Origin: Podospora anserina
Lineage: Eukaryota
Reading direction: 5' to 3'
NCBI GenBank assembly: GCA_017654855.1
Contig: CM030336.1
Coordinates: 2,976,001 to 3,040,000 of the forward strand
Length of the DNA stretch: 64,000 nucleotides
The notes under the pieces were generated by a model. It worked only from the letters and a program-made list of their open reading frames with translations, was not told the origin of the DNA and did not search any database. Both the position numbers and the translations under genes were made by a program. Position 1 is the stretch's first letter; the number at the start of each line of letters is the position of its first letter. Shown here piece after piece: positions 1 to 12,109 of this stretch.

Positions 1-1933
1 TCTATTCTCAGCGACGTACTCCCAAACAGACACTGAGCGCCCGCCAGCTATTCGCTCTCGCCGATGGAAGGTGGCTGACAGCTTCATATACGCCCCTTTC
101 CATCTTCGCAGTGTTGCTTTTGGCAGCGGCTCTGACCCTACCACTCGTGTGGTCCCTTGTCGTATCTCCTGAGACTATCGACCGTTGCTAATAGCACGAG
201 CGGAAACTGTTTTGGGTTCCCCGGCTACCTAATGGCACACGATGTCGACCCAGCCGAACTGTCCATGGCCGGACAATACGATGCCGTAGGCAAAGCCTGG
301 GGTTGTTTATTATCTACAAAATTCATACAAGCTGAGCCTCATGTTTGGGGCTTTGAGCACTACAGCCTGGCCGTCCCGAATATTCGTGGTTCCGTTCAGC
401 GAGATAGATACTTTGTTTCAAAGATGCCCATGGGGACGAATACGGGCATGATTCGTGCGCATGCTCTGCGTTTGAATAGCAGCGTTCTGGTTTGCACACA
501 GATTCCCGACGAGGACTTCCCCTTACCTTGCCCTGGACCTAAGCCGTTTGTGTCATGGATGACAGCCAACGAGGGGCTTGATGAATATTTCCTTGTCAAC
601 ATCTGCGCTCCCCGGTAATCGGAGTGGTGAGTTTTTACTTTCCATTCACCCGCTTCTTCTTGGCGATCACACGATGGTAGCTACTAAGAGATTGCTTAAC
701 AGCGAGCCCATGGTCAGCGAGCCCATGGTCAGCGAGCCCATGGTCAGCGAGCCCATGGTCAGCGAGCTGGGACAGGCAGGACATCACAGAACAGCTCTAC
801 ATCCAAGTCAAACACTCCGAAATCGTCAGCAGATCGTTGCAGAACTTTACCACGGTTTGCACCGTCAACATAACGCGTGGCTTTTTGAGCTTCCCAACTT
901 CCGCAAGGACCTTGCCCCGGGTCGCCTGGTAGATTCTGTTCCCTCGAATGGGGAACTCATGAACCCTCTGATAGCTGGTGGTACGACTTGCCAGCACGAA
1001 ATTCAAGCGAGCCATGGAGAAGGTCAACTTAAACCGGGATATGGGAGACCGACCACGAGGCAGTTTATGGCACCTTTGTCGCCCCAGGGCCGCTTTCCAT
1101 CTCAGCTCGAACCCTGGTCGGTCCCGGCAGCTTTTTCCACGAGGCCCGAAGACCTTCCATCTACCCCAACGCAACCTGGTGGGACGCTTACCGCACAATG
1201 TGTACCGGCACAGGTGTTCTCCTCTTTGACGAGTTGTCGCTGAGGTTTCGGCGAGGCTGTCGTGAAGTGGGAGTCGACGGGAACTTCATGGACGAAAGGG
1301 AGGCTGCAAGACGAGTAGCAGACCTGTTGAGAGGATTTTTCAATGGGTTATTTGCGGGGCCGAATATCGGAGAGATCGACACAGCCATTTCATTTGCCAA
1401 TGAAGCAGTGCTTACCATTTGGCCGCGGTCTTCGTTTTCGCCCTATCTCGTCCGCCCTATTTACTACGCCCCCAAGGCCGAGGCAGTCAAGCCACACATC
1501 GGTGGAGGAATTGCAGGCATCGCCGTCATCTCGGTTTTACTTGGCCTGCAGGCCCTTGGCATCACCATCCTTCTCACTCACGCTGTACATCTACAGCTCA
1601 CCCACCTGGACAGAGACTCTTGATTCGTCCGCCATTATCCGCATTGCCAATCAGCTTGGCAGCGACGCGGAACCCATCAGCAAGATGCCTCTGCGGCCCA
1701 TCGGCGGGGTGGAAGACAAGAACGTGCTGGAGCATCTCGGCACCGTCAACGCCATGGTTGGTGTCGCTGACCACACGAAGGAAGTGCCAGACCCAGAAGC
1801 GGCATCTTCCGCTGGATCTGCTCGTGCCCCTGATGAAAATCTCAACAGCGTTAACCTTGATACTGGATTCACACCCGTCTTGGCAGTTGGTGCACCAGGG
1901 GTGATCAACCGCAGAAAGGCCCGCACCTCTTGA
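1..1933 (+). pseudogene. Fungal membrane protein of unknown function, 5'-truncated by the window, with frameshifts
   Basis: One protein can be threaded through several ORFs. NICAP/GNRS needs removal of one C in the run at 610-613. An intron runs 627-702 (GTGAGT...AACAG). The frame then reads QDITEQLYIQV...CTVNITRGF(F)ELPNFR, with one T missing at 882-886. A hydrophobic segment (GIAGIAVISVLLGLQALGITIL) shifts near 1575-1580 into LYIYSSPTWTETLDS and ends at TGA 1931-1933. Confidence 0.6.
700..767 (+). repeat. 15-bp tandem repeat CAGCGAGCCCATGGT, about 4.5 copies
   Basis: Perfect copies start at 700, 715, 730 and 745, with a partial copy at 760. Confidence 0.97.
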
Positions 1934-2160
1934 AGAAAGAACAAAGTCTGGTTTTGTGTAATGAGTGACTAAGGTTTGAAAGTGGCAAAAGAGTTTTGAG
2001 TGTGGTTGCTAAAAGTGCTGCTTTAGTGGATTTTGATTAATGTACAAATCACAAGAGGTAAACAAACACGAAGCTCTAAGGTAGCAAGGTATACAGTTTT
2101 GGGAGATTCATCTCAAATGCGAATGACTCCCACCTATGGTACATGCATCTGTCCAGGTAG

Positions 2161-4058
2161 CTACCCTGAATATGCCCTCCAATCCTTTTCCAAAGTCCTC
2201 CATCCTGTAAGATTGGCCCTGCCATAAGTGGCATCCCCCATCCCAAAGTCAACGCCGCAGATACCCCAGGTCCGTATGGTGAAGGCATATGGCGTGAAAC
2301 TAGCCTGCCACTGCGAGTTGAACTGCGTAATCGATTGACGCTGAAAAAAAAGGATCAACCTCATCAAAGAGCTCTCCAGTCCGCTTAAAATGTGGCCATT
2401 TAGCGACATGACTGAAGGAGGAATGCGCATCATTTTAAAGACTTGGGAAAGGTATTCCTCTCGCGTCCGGTTATCTGTCGCGTTGCCATGGTAGTTGGCC
2501 TTTGTGACAAGGGCTGTAATATCAGGGCTTGGAACTCATGGTTCAATTCAGGCTAATAATCTTCAATGGCCTCGAAGAGCGTGATACCGAAAAGAAGAAG
2601 AAGAGATACAGTCTTGGTGTTTCCAAACGCGTATTTTACCCTCCCTCGCGTGGCCCGTGCCTTTGTTGGCCTCAGGCCATCGCCAAGTCCTTCAATATCC
2701 TACTGGGCCAGTGGGCTTCCTTTGATAACCGCCATGCCTCTGATTGTCTGCCTCACTTTGAACGAGAGGCTCACAACTTGCAGTTACCCCTCCTTGCGGT
2801 GGTATCGACAGTGTTGTTGGTTGTGGTTACAGGTGGGTGGCTTTTGCCGTGTGACAGCCTTCGACTCCCCAAACCAAACCAAATCGTAGTCAGAGTCAGT
2901 GAGATAGCTCGTCTCACAACTGGGATCTATGACCCGAAAAAGAAAAGTCGTCTGGCTGCTGACAGGCTTCTTCCGAATGACGGCTCCATTTCGGTCGAGG
3001 ATATCAGCAATCGCCCCTCCGGATTCATAGCTGTCAGGATGCTGCGCATGCCAATCCCTCAGTGCCAGGTCCAAGTCGTTTCCGTACATGACAACTTGCT
3101 GGGACAGACCCGTATTTGTAGCAGAATCCATGTAACCGCTCATTATCAGGCGGATCACCACAGGCCGGTGTTTTCGAACTACGCCTGTCGAACTGTCCCC
3201 GGTCGACAATTCATCAAACGTCAAGGAAATGGTCGTGGTCCTCCAGATTCCTAGCGACGGCATCTCGTGCCGTGGTAGCAGGTGTTGAAGGAACCAACGG
3301 ATGCGTCCCGCTCCATCGCGATGGCAAGTTTCATCAAAGCTCTCTGCGACGCGAATGCGAGAGCAGTGGATATTGGCATGGAGATGTTTGATGAAAAAAG
3401 GGTTCAAGAAAGTCGCAGGAGAATAGCGATTAAGATTCGCAGATGCTAGAGGTTGTAACGAGTGAAAGATGGCATTAAATGCGTCATATGGTTCGGGATG
3501 CCAGGGTACTACAGCCCGTGAAATGGTGGGCTGGAGCCGACGTAGACCGGAATCTTGAATGTTGGGTTGACGCAAAAATCATCGATATGCAGCCTGAGGT
3601 GTGATCAGATCTCCATTCCAAATAGACACATCTTCAAAGGCCTGACTGAGAATATCGCGTTCTGTGTCGAAGTAGACCGAGTTACTGGGATACAGAAACC
3701 CGATTGACCTGCCTCCGAGCAAGGCTTGATTGCGGAGCCAGCGCGTCGCCTCGGATCGGGCTTTGTGACAGACAAGGAGCAGTACTGAAGGTGCTCTACA
3801 GCAAACCCGCCAGGGTATCGATGGTTTATTCTCGGTCGTCGGGTCCAGAATTGGTGGACGAACGCTGGATGGTTGGCCGACGAGTCGGGCATCCAACAAC
3901 GTGTCGGCGCCCGCTGTTGGCTCATGACGCGGGCTGACGTGGACAAGTCGTGAGCGATCTGGCCCAAGCCGTTTGGCAATGAAAAATTCCCTCCAGATAG
4001 CGACTCTGATCTTAGCGGGAAGTCTGGGGAAGCGGGGGAATGACTGTGAGCTTGTCAT
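2161..4058 (-). pseudogene. 2EXR-family protein, copy 1; in-frame TGA plus solo-LTR insertion
   Basis: N-terminus FPRFPRLPAKIRVAIW and later LLVCHKAR and YFDTERDIL are 2EXR-type motifs. In-frame TGA at 3579-3581. Removing the LTR plus one TSD copy (359 bp) joins ORF 2784-3575 in frame to ORF 2161-2433. Confidence 0.8.
2503..2856. mobile_element. Solo LTR (354 bp) of an LTR retrotransposon, possibly Yeti/repa-like
   Basis: Begins TGTGAC at 2503 and ends GTGACA at 2856 (TG...CA). Flanked by a perfect 5-bp target-site duplication GCCTT at 2498-2502 and 2857-2861. Excision restores the host reading frame. Confidence 0.88.
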
Positions 4059-4458
4059 GATTGTGACTTCGAAATTGGCTTCGATATAATGAAGGATAGT
4101 GGTAGGGCTGACAGGGTATTAGTCACAGTCAGTGTTCAGGCGGTTCTGAGAACTTTACTCACCGGCTTTTGACATCGGATTTGTGTACCCAGGTGTGTCT
4201 CGTAAAACTTGCCAAGTAGACTGAACTATCAAAGTTGCGATGTACCGAGGTGAAAGGTAGAAGAGTGCCAGATTGTGAAAATAAGATTCAAGTCGTCTCC
4301 CAGCCAGCAGAAACAAAGAGCAAATGATACGGATAAGAAAGTGGGAAAATGTGATGAGATAAGGTATTCGCTGCTATTGTCAGGAACAATTCACTCCGGC
4401 ACCTGGAGTGCAACTGGCAGAATATTACCGGCACGTGAGGTGTGTCTTATCGATTAGA

Positions 4459-6612
4459 TCATACAATCCTCCACACTCTAGTCTTCCCAAGATAGCCCCT
4501 GGGGGACCGCGACCTGATACTTCCAACCTCCTCATCCACCTCTTGTATCCTGGCTGGATTCTCCTGATAGACCACCGTCCTGCTCCAGCTAGCCACCAGC
4601 CTCTCCACCCCCACCTTATCCAACGCGTGTGGACATACTTTGACAAATGCCCAGTCTTCACCATGTTGCCTCAACAACATGGCCAGCCCAGGGTAAATCT
4701 CGACCAAAACCTCCTCTCGGTCCAACCGCTTGACCTCCACCGTCTGAATCGTATCCTCGCCATCTCCCTGTCCGGTCCAGGCAAAGAAGCCCCTTACTAT
4801 CCTCGGTCTCATAATTTTCATGACCTTGTTCTTGGGGTCGAACTCTAGGGCCTTGTCCTTTTGAGAAGAATATCTCGATCGGGCAGGAAAGTCAGCAGCA
4901 CCTTGCAAGGCCTTTGAGTTGGGCCAAGGCACAGTCCAGTCTGCAGCCCAGGACGGCAAGCCCTTGATGGCTGGTGAAGACTTGATCAGTGACAAAAAGA
5001 ACCCAGGTCCGTGTCGCCGGATAAGAAGGGCTGAGTATCCTGCGTACACTTGCGCCACAGGCGTGAAATAGCTGACCTTGTCCAACTCTTCTCGACCAGC
5101 TCCCAATCCATCCAGCCAGTGAGCAATATTGAGAACCCCAAAGATCTTGTCTCTCGGGTCTTCACACTGTCTGCCCCTTGTCTCGATCAGCAGATCCAGC
5201 AGATGCGAGCCTCGCGAGCTCCTTTCTTGGCTAGCAACGGGCTTTTGTCGTAGCAAAACAAAGACCCTGCCCACGTCGATATCCCCTTGGCCTTGAGACA
5301 TCAGCATGCTCAACAGATGCATAGCCCGCTCTCCAGCTGTCTCTCGATTACCGCACAACACTCGGATCCTCTTCATCTCTGGGAGGGAAGCCTCCTGCAG
5401 CACCCAGACTCTCTTGAACCACCGTCTGGAAAAGTATTCTCTCAGAACCCGGTGCAAGTCACTCGGCTCCGGCGGTCGCCTGGGTATTACCCCCATCGAG
5501 TAGACCATCCGCAGCTCCCTCAGCAACCTTTTCACCCTTTCAGAATATCCTCTTATCAGCCGACCCATCTCCTCCATTCGTACGGCGACGTCGTTGCTGA
5601 CCTTTTGCAGCTTGCCGAGGACGCCTTCTGGCCGGTGAAGAAACTGAAGGGCCGACTGTGGACTAAACAGACCCCCAGATGGCACCGCCAGTTTCTCAGC
5701 ATCAATATCATTGAGCCAGTCGTACAGCCCATCTGTCTGTGGCGTTCCCTCACCGGTGTACACCACCACCTGTCTCGCCGAGACAAATATCCTCGACATG
5801 AGCTTCACCTGCTGACTCCTTTCCTCAAGATCAGCCTGGTTGATACACACAGCATCGATCCACATCGTCCTGCTTTTGCCCTTCCGCCGCAGTCGTCGCA
5901 TCGCCAGCTCACAGTTGTGGCCTATCCCAAGCTGTCGGTATATCCCCCTTTTCGCATTGAACACCAGCGAGATGTGACCCGTCTTTGCAGTCTCACCCTC
6001 CTCATCAGCCCAGGTATACGACAGCGCATCGTACGTCGGGTTCGTCCGCAGATCCACACTCCTAATCTCCCCCCTCAGCGGCGCCATGTAATCCCCCTCG
6101 GGGAAAATAGTCAACAGCCTCACCGAAGTGGGTGTGCCCAACATTTCAAAAGTATACCGCTTTGTCTCCTCCAGCTCCTCCTCTTTCTTCTCCCCCCCCT
6201 TTTCCACCACAGGCCTCTCCCTCAACTTCATCCCTCCCCAAACCTGCACCCTCAACCACAGGTTCTGCACCTCCCTCGGCAAATCCACCATCTGCCTCCC
6301 CAACCTCTTCCACTCGTTGATATCCCCTGCCCTCCGACACAGTCCCACCGCCCACCAGATCACGAACACCACTTGCACGATGCACATGATCCATAACACC
6401 AAGATAGTGATGCATGGTATACCATAGCTCCATGCGATTCCCTTTAGACACTTTCTCGATATCTCTCTTGGAGATATACCGTCTCGTCTCCCACGGTAGA
6501 TCTGGACAGTAATAATACCCGGCCAGGAGACAGGAATAAAAGGCATGAGGACAACAACGAGAAAGATGAGAGGGATGGCGAGGGGAAGCGGGACAATAAA
6601 CAAGCCCCCCAT
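4459..6612 (-). CDS. HET-domain (heterokaryon incompatibility, het-6-like) protein with N-terminal transmembrane segments
   Basis: Motifs YDALSYTW, MWIDAVCINQ, EERSQQVKLM, WFKRVWVLQE, DPRDKIFG and LPSWAADW. Two long hydrophobic stretches lie in the first ~90 aa. First in-frame ATG is at 6612. Confidence 0.88.
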   Translation of the reverse strand: MGGLFIVPLPLAIPLIFLVVVLMPFIPVSWPGIITVQIYRGRRDGISPREISRKCLKGIAWSYGIPCITILVLWIMCIVQVVFVIWWAVGLCRRAGDINEWKRLGRQMVDLPREVQNLWLRVQVWGGMKLRERPVVEKGGEKKEEELEETKRYTFEMLGTPTSVRLLTIFPEGDYMAPLRGEIRSVDLRTNPTYDALSYTWADEEGETAKTGHISLVFNAKRGIYRQLGIGHNCELAMRRLRRKGKSRTMWIDAVCINQADLEERSQQVKLMSRIFVSARQVVVYTGEGTPQTDGLYDWLNDIDAEKLAVPSGGLFSPQSALQFLHRPEGVLGKLQKVSNDVAVRMEEMGRLIRGYSERVKRLLRELRMVYSMGVIPRRPPEPSDLHRVLREYFSRRWFKRVWVLQEASLPEMKRIRVLCGNRETAGERAMHLLSMLMSQGQGDIDVGRVFVLLRQKPVASQERSSRGSHLLDLLIETRGRQCEDPRDKIFGVLNIAHWLDGLGAGREELDKVSYFTPVAQVYAGYSALLIRRHGPGFFLSLIKSSPAIKGLPSWAADWTVPWPNSKALQGAADFPARSRYSSQKDKALEFDPKNKVMKIMRPRIVRGFFAWTGQGDGEDTIQTVEVKRLDREEVLVEIYPGLAMLLRQHGEDWAFVKVCPHALDKVGVERLVASWSRTVVYQENPARIQEVDEEVGSIRSRSPRGYLGKTRVWRIV

Positions 6613-7271
6613 TATGTATCTTTGCAAACTCGATAATGAAAGCTCAAGCAATGTAGCAAAAGAGATAAAAGATATTGACCATTGTCTTGGCCGTAAGGAG
6701 CGTCATGAGAAAAAAAAGAAAGAGCTGTTGGTCAAAAAGAGTGACGAGTCAGCCTCGCAGCTGCGCTGAAACAAACCACCACACACCCATCCGCCGCGCC
6801 GCACTGGAGCTGAAGATGCAGATGCAGCCAGCCGCAAGCAAGTGAGATCTGGGGCGTCGGGAATCGAGTCTGGATTCAGATTTGGCGGACTGTGTTGTCT
6901 CCACACACACGCACCATCTCTCCCAAAATCGTCGCAACTCAAGTGGCCATTTCCCGAGGCGACGGCGCCGGTGTAGAATGCGTGATAAAAATACGTCGGT
7001 GACGAAAGAGTAAAAGAATGACTGAGCGAAGGTGTAGAATACTCGGTGAGGAAAGGAAAGTGTTGACTAAAGCGCTGGTCTACAACGGTGTGGAGAGAGA
7101 GAGGCCTTGGCACGGAGCATCCCGAGGTTCGCTCAACGTCATTAAACACAAGTGCTACCTTTACCCAACATCAGGACATGAACATGTGCATTTTTCACAG
7201 AGTTTTTATCCGTGTGTAACATCATAAAAGTACAATTTTTTGCCCCGCCAAGGGTATCAACCCTACTACCA

Positions 7272-8570
7272 TCACCTCACAAACTCATTCAGAGACTTTG
7301 CGTCTTCAAAGCTGACCTTGCCATCCCCCTTCACGTTGGCAATGTGAATCTTGGTCGGTTGATCCTCCGCCTTCTTGTCCTGAATCCTGGGGTGAGTGGT
7401 CAGCTCAACAGCCTCTGGTACCACGCCCGCCTTGGCATCTGCAATCTCATTGACGTCGTCCTTGGTCAAGACATCCCTAACCCGAACACCGCGGCTGGAC
7501 ATGAGGATGGTTCTCGGCCCTTGAAAGTGGAGGAATAGCCTGTCACCCCATATCGTCCTTCTGGTGGCCGTTCTCAGGCTAAACAGGAAGCTGGCAAGTC
7601 CTTTGTAGATCGAGGTATCGCGCATAGCGTTCCAGAATCTGGCCACTCGGTCGGGCATGAACCTCTGGGAGGCGGCTTTTATCGAACTCGGGACGGTGGG
7701 AATTTGGAAGCTTAAGGTGGTGCTCTTGAGACGGAAGGGCCGTGGGGGGTTCTTGTTGATGGTATAAGCGACCACGTGTGATGGGTGTAAAACAATCTCC
7801 TCCCCTTCCTTGAGAACCATATCATAGACCTGTCCTGGCGCCGAGAGAGCCGCCAACCCTCGGCCAGTGATGTATGTGTTGCCCCAGTGTGCCAGCGACA
7901 AGCCTTGTTGGACGCGGGGCGATAATCTCAACGTGTGACCTGTCCAAGCAAGAAGCGCATTCCTTTGCGCAACCATCCAGTCGGTTGTGCCATCGAGACG
8001 GAGGATAGAGAAGGTTGTGTTGGCGGACTTGGTGGCTATTAAGGCGGTAACTGGGCTCGTGGAGGTTATGCGCTGGTAGAGGAACGGGATGCCGAGAAAG
8101 GCTCGGCTCGTGGGGGAAAGAATCGAGAGGGCGGAGTGTAGCTGGGAAACAAACGATCAGTTCCCATAACCAACATGAAGCTAGATTTGAAGGAGCCATA
8201 CATTTTCCACCTTGCCGCCTACTGACACCAAGGTACCTCGTCTTGTGTAGAGCCGCTGGGATGCCGAGAGGGAAACCGACAGCAGGGAATGTGGAGCGCC
8301 AATAACCTCGAATTGGGCATCTTGAAGCTGTCAGCAATACAATCCCATCCCCACACTAGGTAGGTGTCTAGGTTGCAGGAGCCTACCTGTCTGAGCAGCG
8401 CGGCCTGCGTCAAAGGCATCGGGGCCTGGCCGGTTGGTGGGGGAGGCGCTAATCTGAACTGTTCGACATTGCCAGCAAACAAAGCTTGGCCTCGAGGAGA
8501 GGGTTGTGGTGGTTGGTCGTGTTAGCCTTGTTGTTTGAGATAGCCTGAGAAGAGGCGCTTGACCGCGCAT
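7272..8570 (-). CDS. AIM24: Altered inheritance of mitochondria protein 24 (2 introns)
   Basis: Arg/Thr-rich presequence. Spliced exons read [49 protein letters not shown] and [15 protein letters not shown], typical of fungal Aim24. Confidence 0.8.
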
Positions 8571-9043
8571 TGTGGCCTTAAAACCACAGCGAGTGGCTCG
8601 TCGTCGTCGTTATTCCTGCGGATGTCGAGACTTGGGGATGCGGAAAATGCAGGTCCCGGTAAATTCCATGGAACCAAGCTTGGGATGACACAAACCCGTT
8701 CGAGCACTGGACTTGGCACCGGCATCTTCAAAAGCACAGGCCACCTGCCAGCTCCCAAAGACAGCGCTCTCCACAGCGGACACCCGCCAGGGTTCAGTGG
8801 AGACAGCCTCTGTTGCCTTGGTGATTAACCCTCAAATTTGACGTGGCTGGCGCTAAAAACACCGGGTCCACTCGCTTCAGTCGGAGCACGGGCACCAATT
8901 TGTTGGAGGCATTGACGAGAAATGCCCACCTGAGCACACTTGCATTCGTTGCAGCCTCACCGCCTCCCATCAACAAATCGGCGTCTGCTTTCCTCGCCTT
9001 CACGCCGTATGCCTTGATCCGACAATTCGAAGCCCTCCACGAA

Positions 9044-11288
9044 ATGTCGGTTCGCGTTGTCGCCAGAATACGCCCTCTTCTCGAAAAAGAGCTGGACAAG
9101 GACGTCATTGTCACGGCCGACAGAGCCCAGGATGGCAAGCCCTTGACCATTGTCAAGATCCCGAGCCCCAAGAACGAGGCCGAAGAGTTCTCGTTCGCCT
9201 TCAACAGTGTCTACGACCAGGCCACCACCCAGGAGGAATTGTTCACCGCTGAAGGCATGTCCACCCGCTGGGCATCGACGCGTTTCCGGAACCGAGACTA
9301 ACCGTAGAACAGTGGCGCCGCACTTGAAGGCGTTGTTCCAGGGCTATGATGTGACAATCTTTGCCTATGGAGTGACGGGTACGGGCAAGACGCACACGAT
9401 GCGTGGTGGGCTTAAGCTGGCCGAGCGTGGTGTCATCCCCCGGCTCTTGAGTAACGTCTTCCGTAGAGGCAAGAAACTGGCCAAGGACAGCAACGGGGAG
9501 ACAACGGTGGATGTGGCCTTGTCCTACTACGAAATCTACAATGACAAGGTGTTTGACTTGTTGGAGCCACCGGAGAAGCGGACCCCTTCTGGTCTTCCAC
9601 TGCGCGAGAAGGACGGCAAGACAATGGTGGTGGGTTTGTCGGAGCGAACGTGCGAGGACCTCAAGGATTTTGAGAAGCTGTACATTGAAGCCAACAACAA
9701 CCGAGTGACGGCTGCCACCAAACTCAATGCCCACAGCAGCAGAAGCCACGCCATCTTGCGGGTCAAGGTGACACAAACGACGGGAGACATGGTCCGGGAG
9801 AGCACGGCTTCTGCCATTGACCTGGCCGGCTCGGAAGATAACCGGCGGACGGACAATGGCAAGGAAAGGCTGATTGAGTCGGCCGCCATCAACAAGTCGC
9901 TTTTCGTGCTGAGTCAGTGCATCGATGCTATCTCGCGTGGCGACAAGCGCATTCCATATCGGGAGTCCAAGATGACACGGATCTTGTCGCTCGGCCAGAA
10001 CAACGGCATCACCATCATGATCCTCAATCTGGCCCCCATTCGCAGCTACCACCTCGACACGATCAGCAGCTTAAACGTTAGTTCCCGGGCCAAGCGCATC
10101 GAGGTTCGCGAAATTGAGAATGAGGTTGTGTTCAAGCAGCTACCGCGGAGCACTGTTGGGTTGGGTGGCCCCAATGTCATTCGTCAGCCTCTTCGGCCAT
10201 TGGCGAATGCACACAATGTTTCCACGGGTGCTGTTCTCGCGGCGAAAGCTGCTGAGAAGGCTGCCGAGAAAGCCGACAAGCCGACCAAGGCTTTTATGGT
10301 TTATACTGACAAGAAGCCTGCCGCTGCCCCAGCACGGCCCGTGCCTGCTGTAGCTAACACCTCCTCCAAGCTCCAGCCTCCAATGGTGATCACCAAACGG
10401 ATTTCGGATGTCACGGATTCGGCGCTCAGGCCATCAAAGCTCGCCCGCCCTACCCAAATCGGTCTTCCCCGCCCAGCAGTAGCTGCGCCGGCTAAGGAAC
10501 AGCAACTATCTATCTCGGCAGCGCAGATCGAAGCCATGGTGGAGAAGAAGGTGGCCGAGATTCTTGCCTCGCGCGCTGCCGAACTCACTCCCCCCGCGAC
10601 GACCCCTGAGCCTGCCGCACAACCCAAGGAAGAGATCAGCGAAGACGTGAAACGGCGGTTGGAAGCCTTGGAGAAGCGTATCGAGAAGGAATCATCCCGA
10701 GAGGACGGGCGGTCGGAAGGTCTCCGCTTGTTGCTGCAGGCACGCCAAGCGAAGGAGAGAGGCGAAGAGGAGGAAACGCTGCGGCTGTACGAGAGCGCAT
10801 TGCCGTACTTCCCCGGACAGACAAAACTGTTGGCGAAGATTGAAAAGCTGAAGATCAAATTGGGAAAGATGGCGCCAGAGGAGCGGACAACACCCAGGAA
10901 GACCAAGAAGATTCTGGTGCTGAGAGATGAGGACGGAGAATATGATGGGACAGAGGCCGATGTCGAGGATGATGTTCCTCTCCGTCAGCGTAAGACGTCT
11001 AAGAAGAGGGTGTCCAAGGCATCAGATGGAGAAGAGAGCACGGGGCCAGCTTCGCCCAGGACACAGCAGCTGCTGGATATTGTCAACTCCAGAGATTTGG
11101 CGCTTATCAAGGGCCTGCATGGGTTTGGGGCCAAGAAGGCGCAGGATCTGGTTGATGTCCTCAATCTTAAGGGGGATGGCACCGACGAGGTCAACAGGAT
11201 TGCGTCATTGTCGCAGCTGAAAATGCTGCCCGGCATTGGCACCCGGACTGTGGAGAGGGCCTATGAAGGGCTCACTCTGGAGGTGTAA
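9044..11288 (+). CDS. Kinesin motor protein, KIF22/Kid (kinesin-10)-like, with C-terminal helix-hairpin-helix motifs
   Basis: VRVVARIRP, P-loop GVTGTGKT, NAHSSRSH, DLAGSE and IPYRESKMT. C-terminal LHGFGAKKA and LPGIGTRT HhH motifs. One intron, probably 9255-9312. Confidence 0.93.
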
Positions 11289-12109
11289 AAGTTATCGTTT
11301 TATTTTTCTTCTTTGGGTATTGTCTGTTTAGCATGGCCTGGAGTTTTGAGATTCATTATCGGAAGGGAGTTCAGGCTCACATTGAACCATAGCATATTGT
11401 TTTTAATGTTTTTTTTCCGGAGCATGTCACACTCTTTGTTTGGGTATTCAGTTGGGTCGGGTGTTAGCTTGCGTATGCCAGATACCACTGCTGTTTTGAC
11501 TTTTGCAATAAAAGCTAGATGTTACTCTTTTTCTGGAGCACAACTGATACTCACAGTCACCCGCATGCCTCGGTCACTCCTCATCAAACCGGTGGTTACT
11601 CACTCACGAGCTCCGCAATATGTTGTCACTTCGGGGATTTGGTCCGGGATACTGCCAAGCAAGCCACAGCTCAGCTCCGGGTGTGGCTGATGCTTCTCCG
11701 GGTTTCTCGGCATTGCGAGGCGGGAGCTCGCCATTGCATCATTGAATGCCCCACCACCCTCAACCCGCTGTCCGTAAAGGTGGGTGGATGGATAACATCT
11801 CCGAGTTTCGCACCGCGGCCTGGATGATTTCTGGCGACACTTCTTCTTCCATCCTCTATCCCTACAGCGACAAACATAGCCACCATGGCGCCCTGAATAG
11901 CGTCTCTCGACAAGCTCCGAGAGTCCATTGTGCCGTCATTGGCACCTGAACATCTTTTCCAACCACCTCCGCGCGATTTGTGCGCCGACGACCTGTCCAC
12001 TGGCACACCCATCCCTGACGACGCGCACATTGCGCGAGAGAACGCGAATACAAAAGTCGAGTAGGCTTCCGGTCGAACGAGGGTCTCGCGCCCCCTCTCC
12101 TCCAGCACC

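Noticed and set aside
2529-3254. 241-aa plus-strand ORF
   Set aside because: It is a chimera of solo-LTR sequence and the antisense strand of the 2EXR gene.
5287-6396. Long antisense ORFs (also 9243-10052, 13385-14293, 40457-42280)
   Set aside because: They are shadows of real genes on the opposite strand, favoured by codon bias, and have no recognisable motifs.
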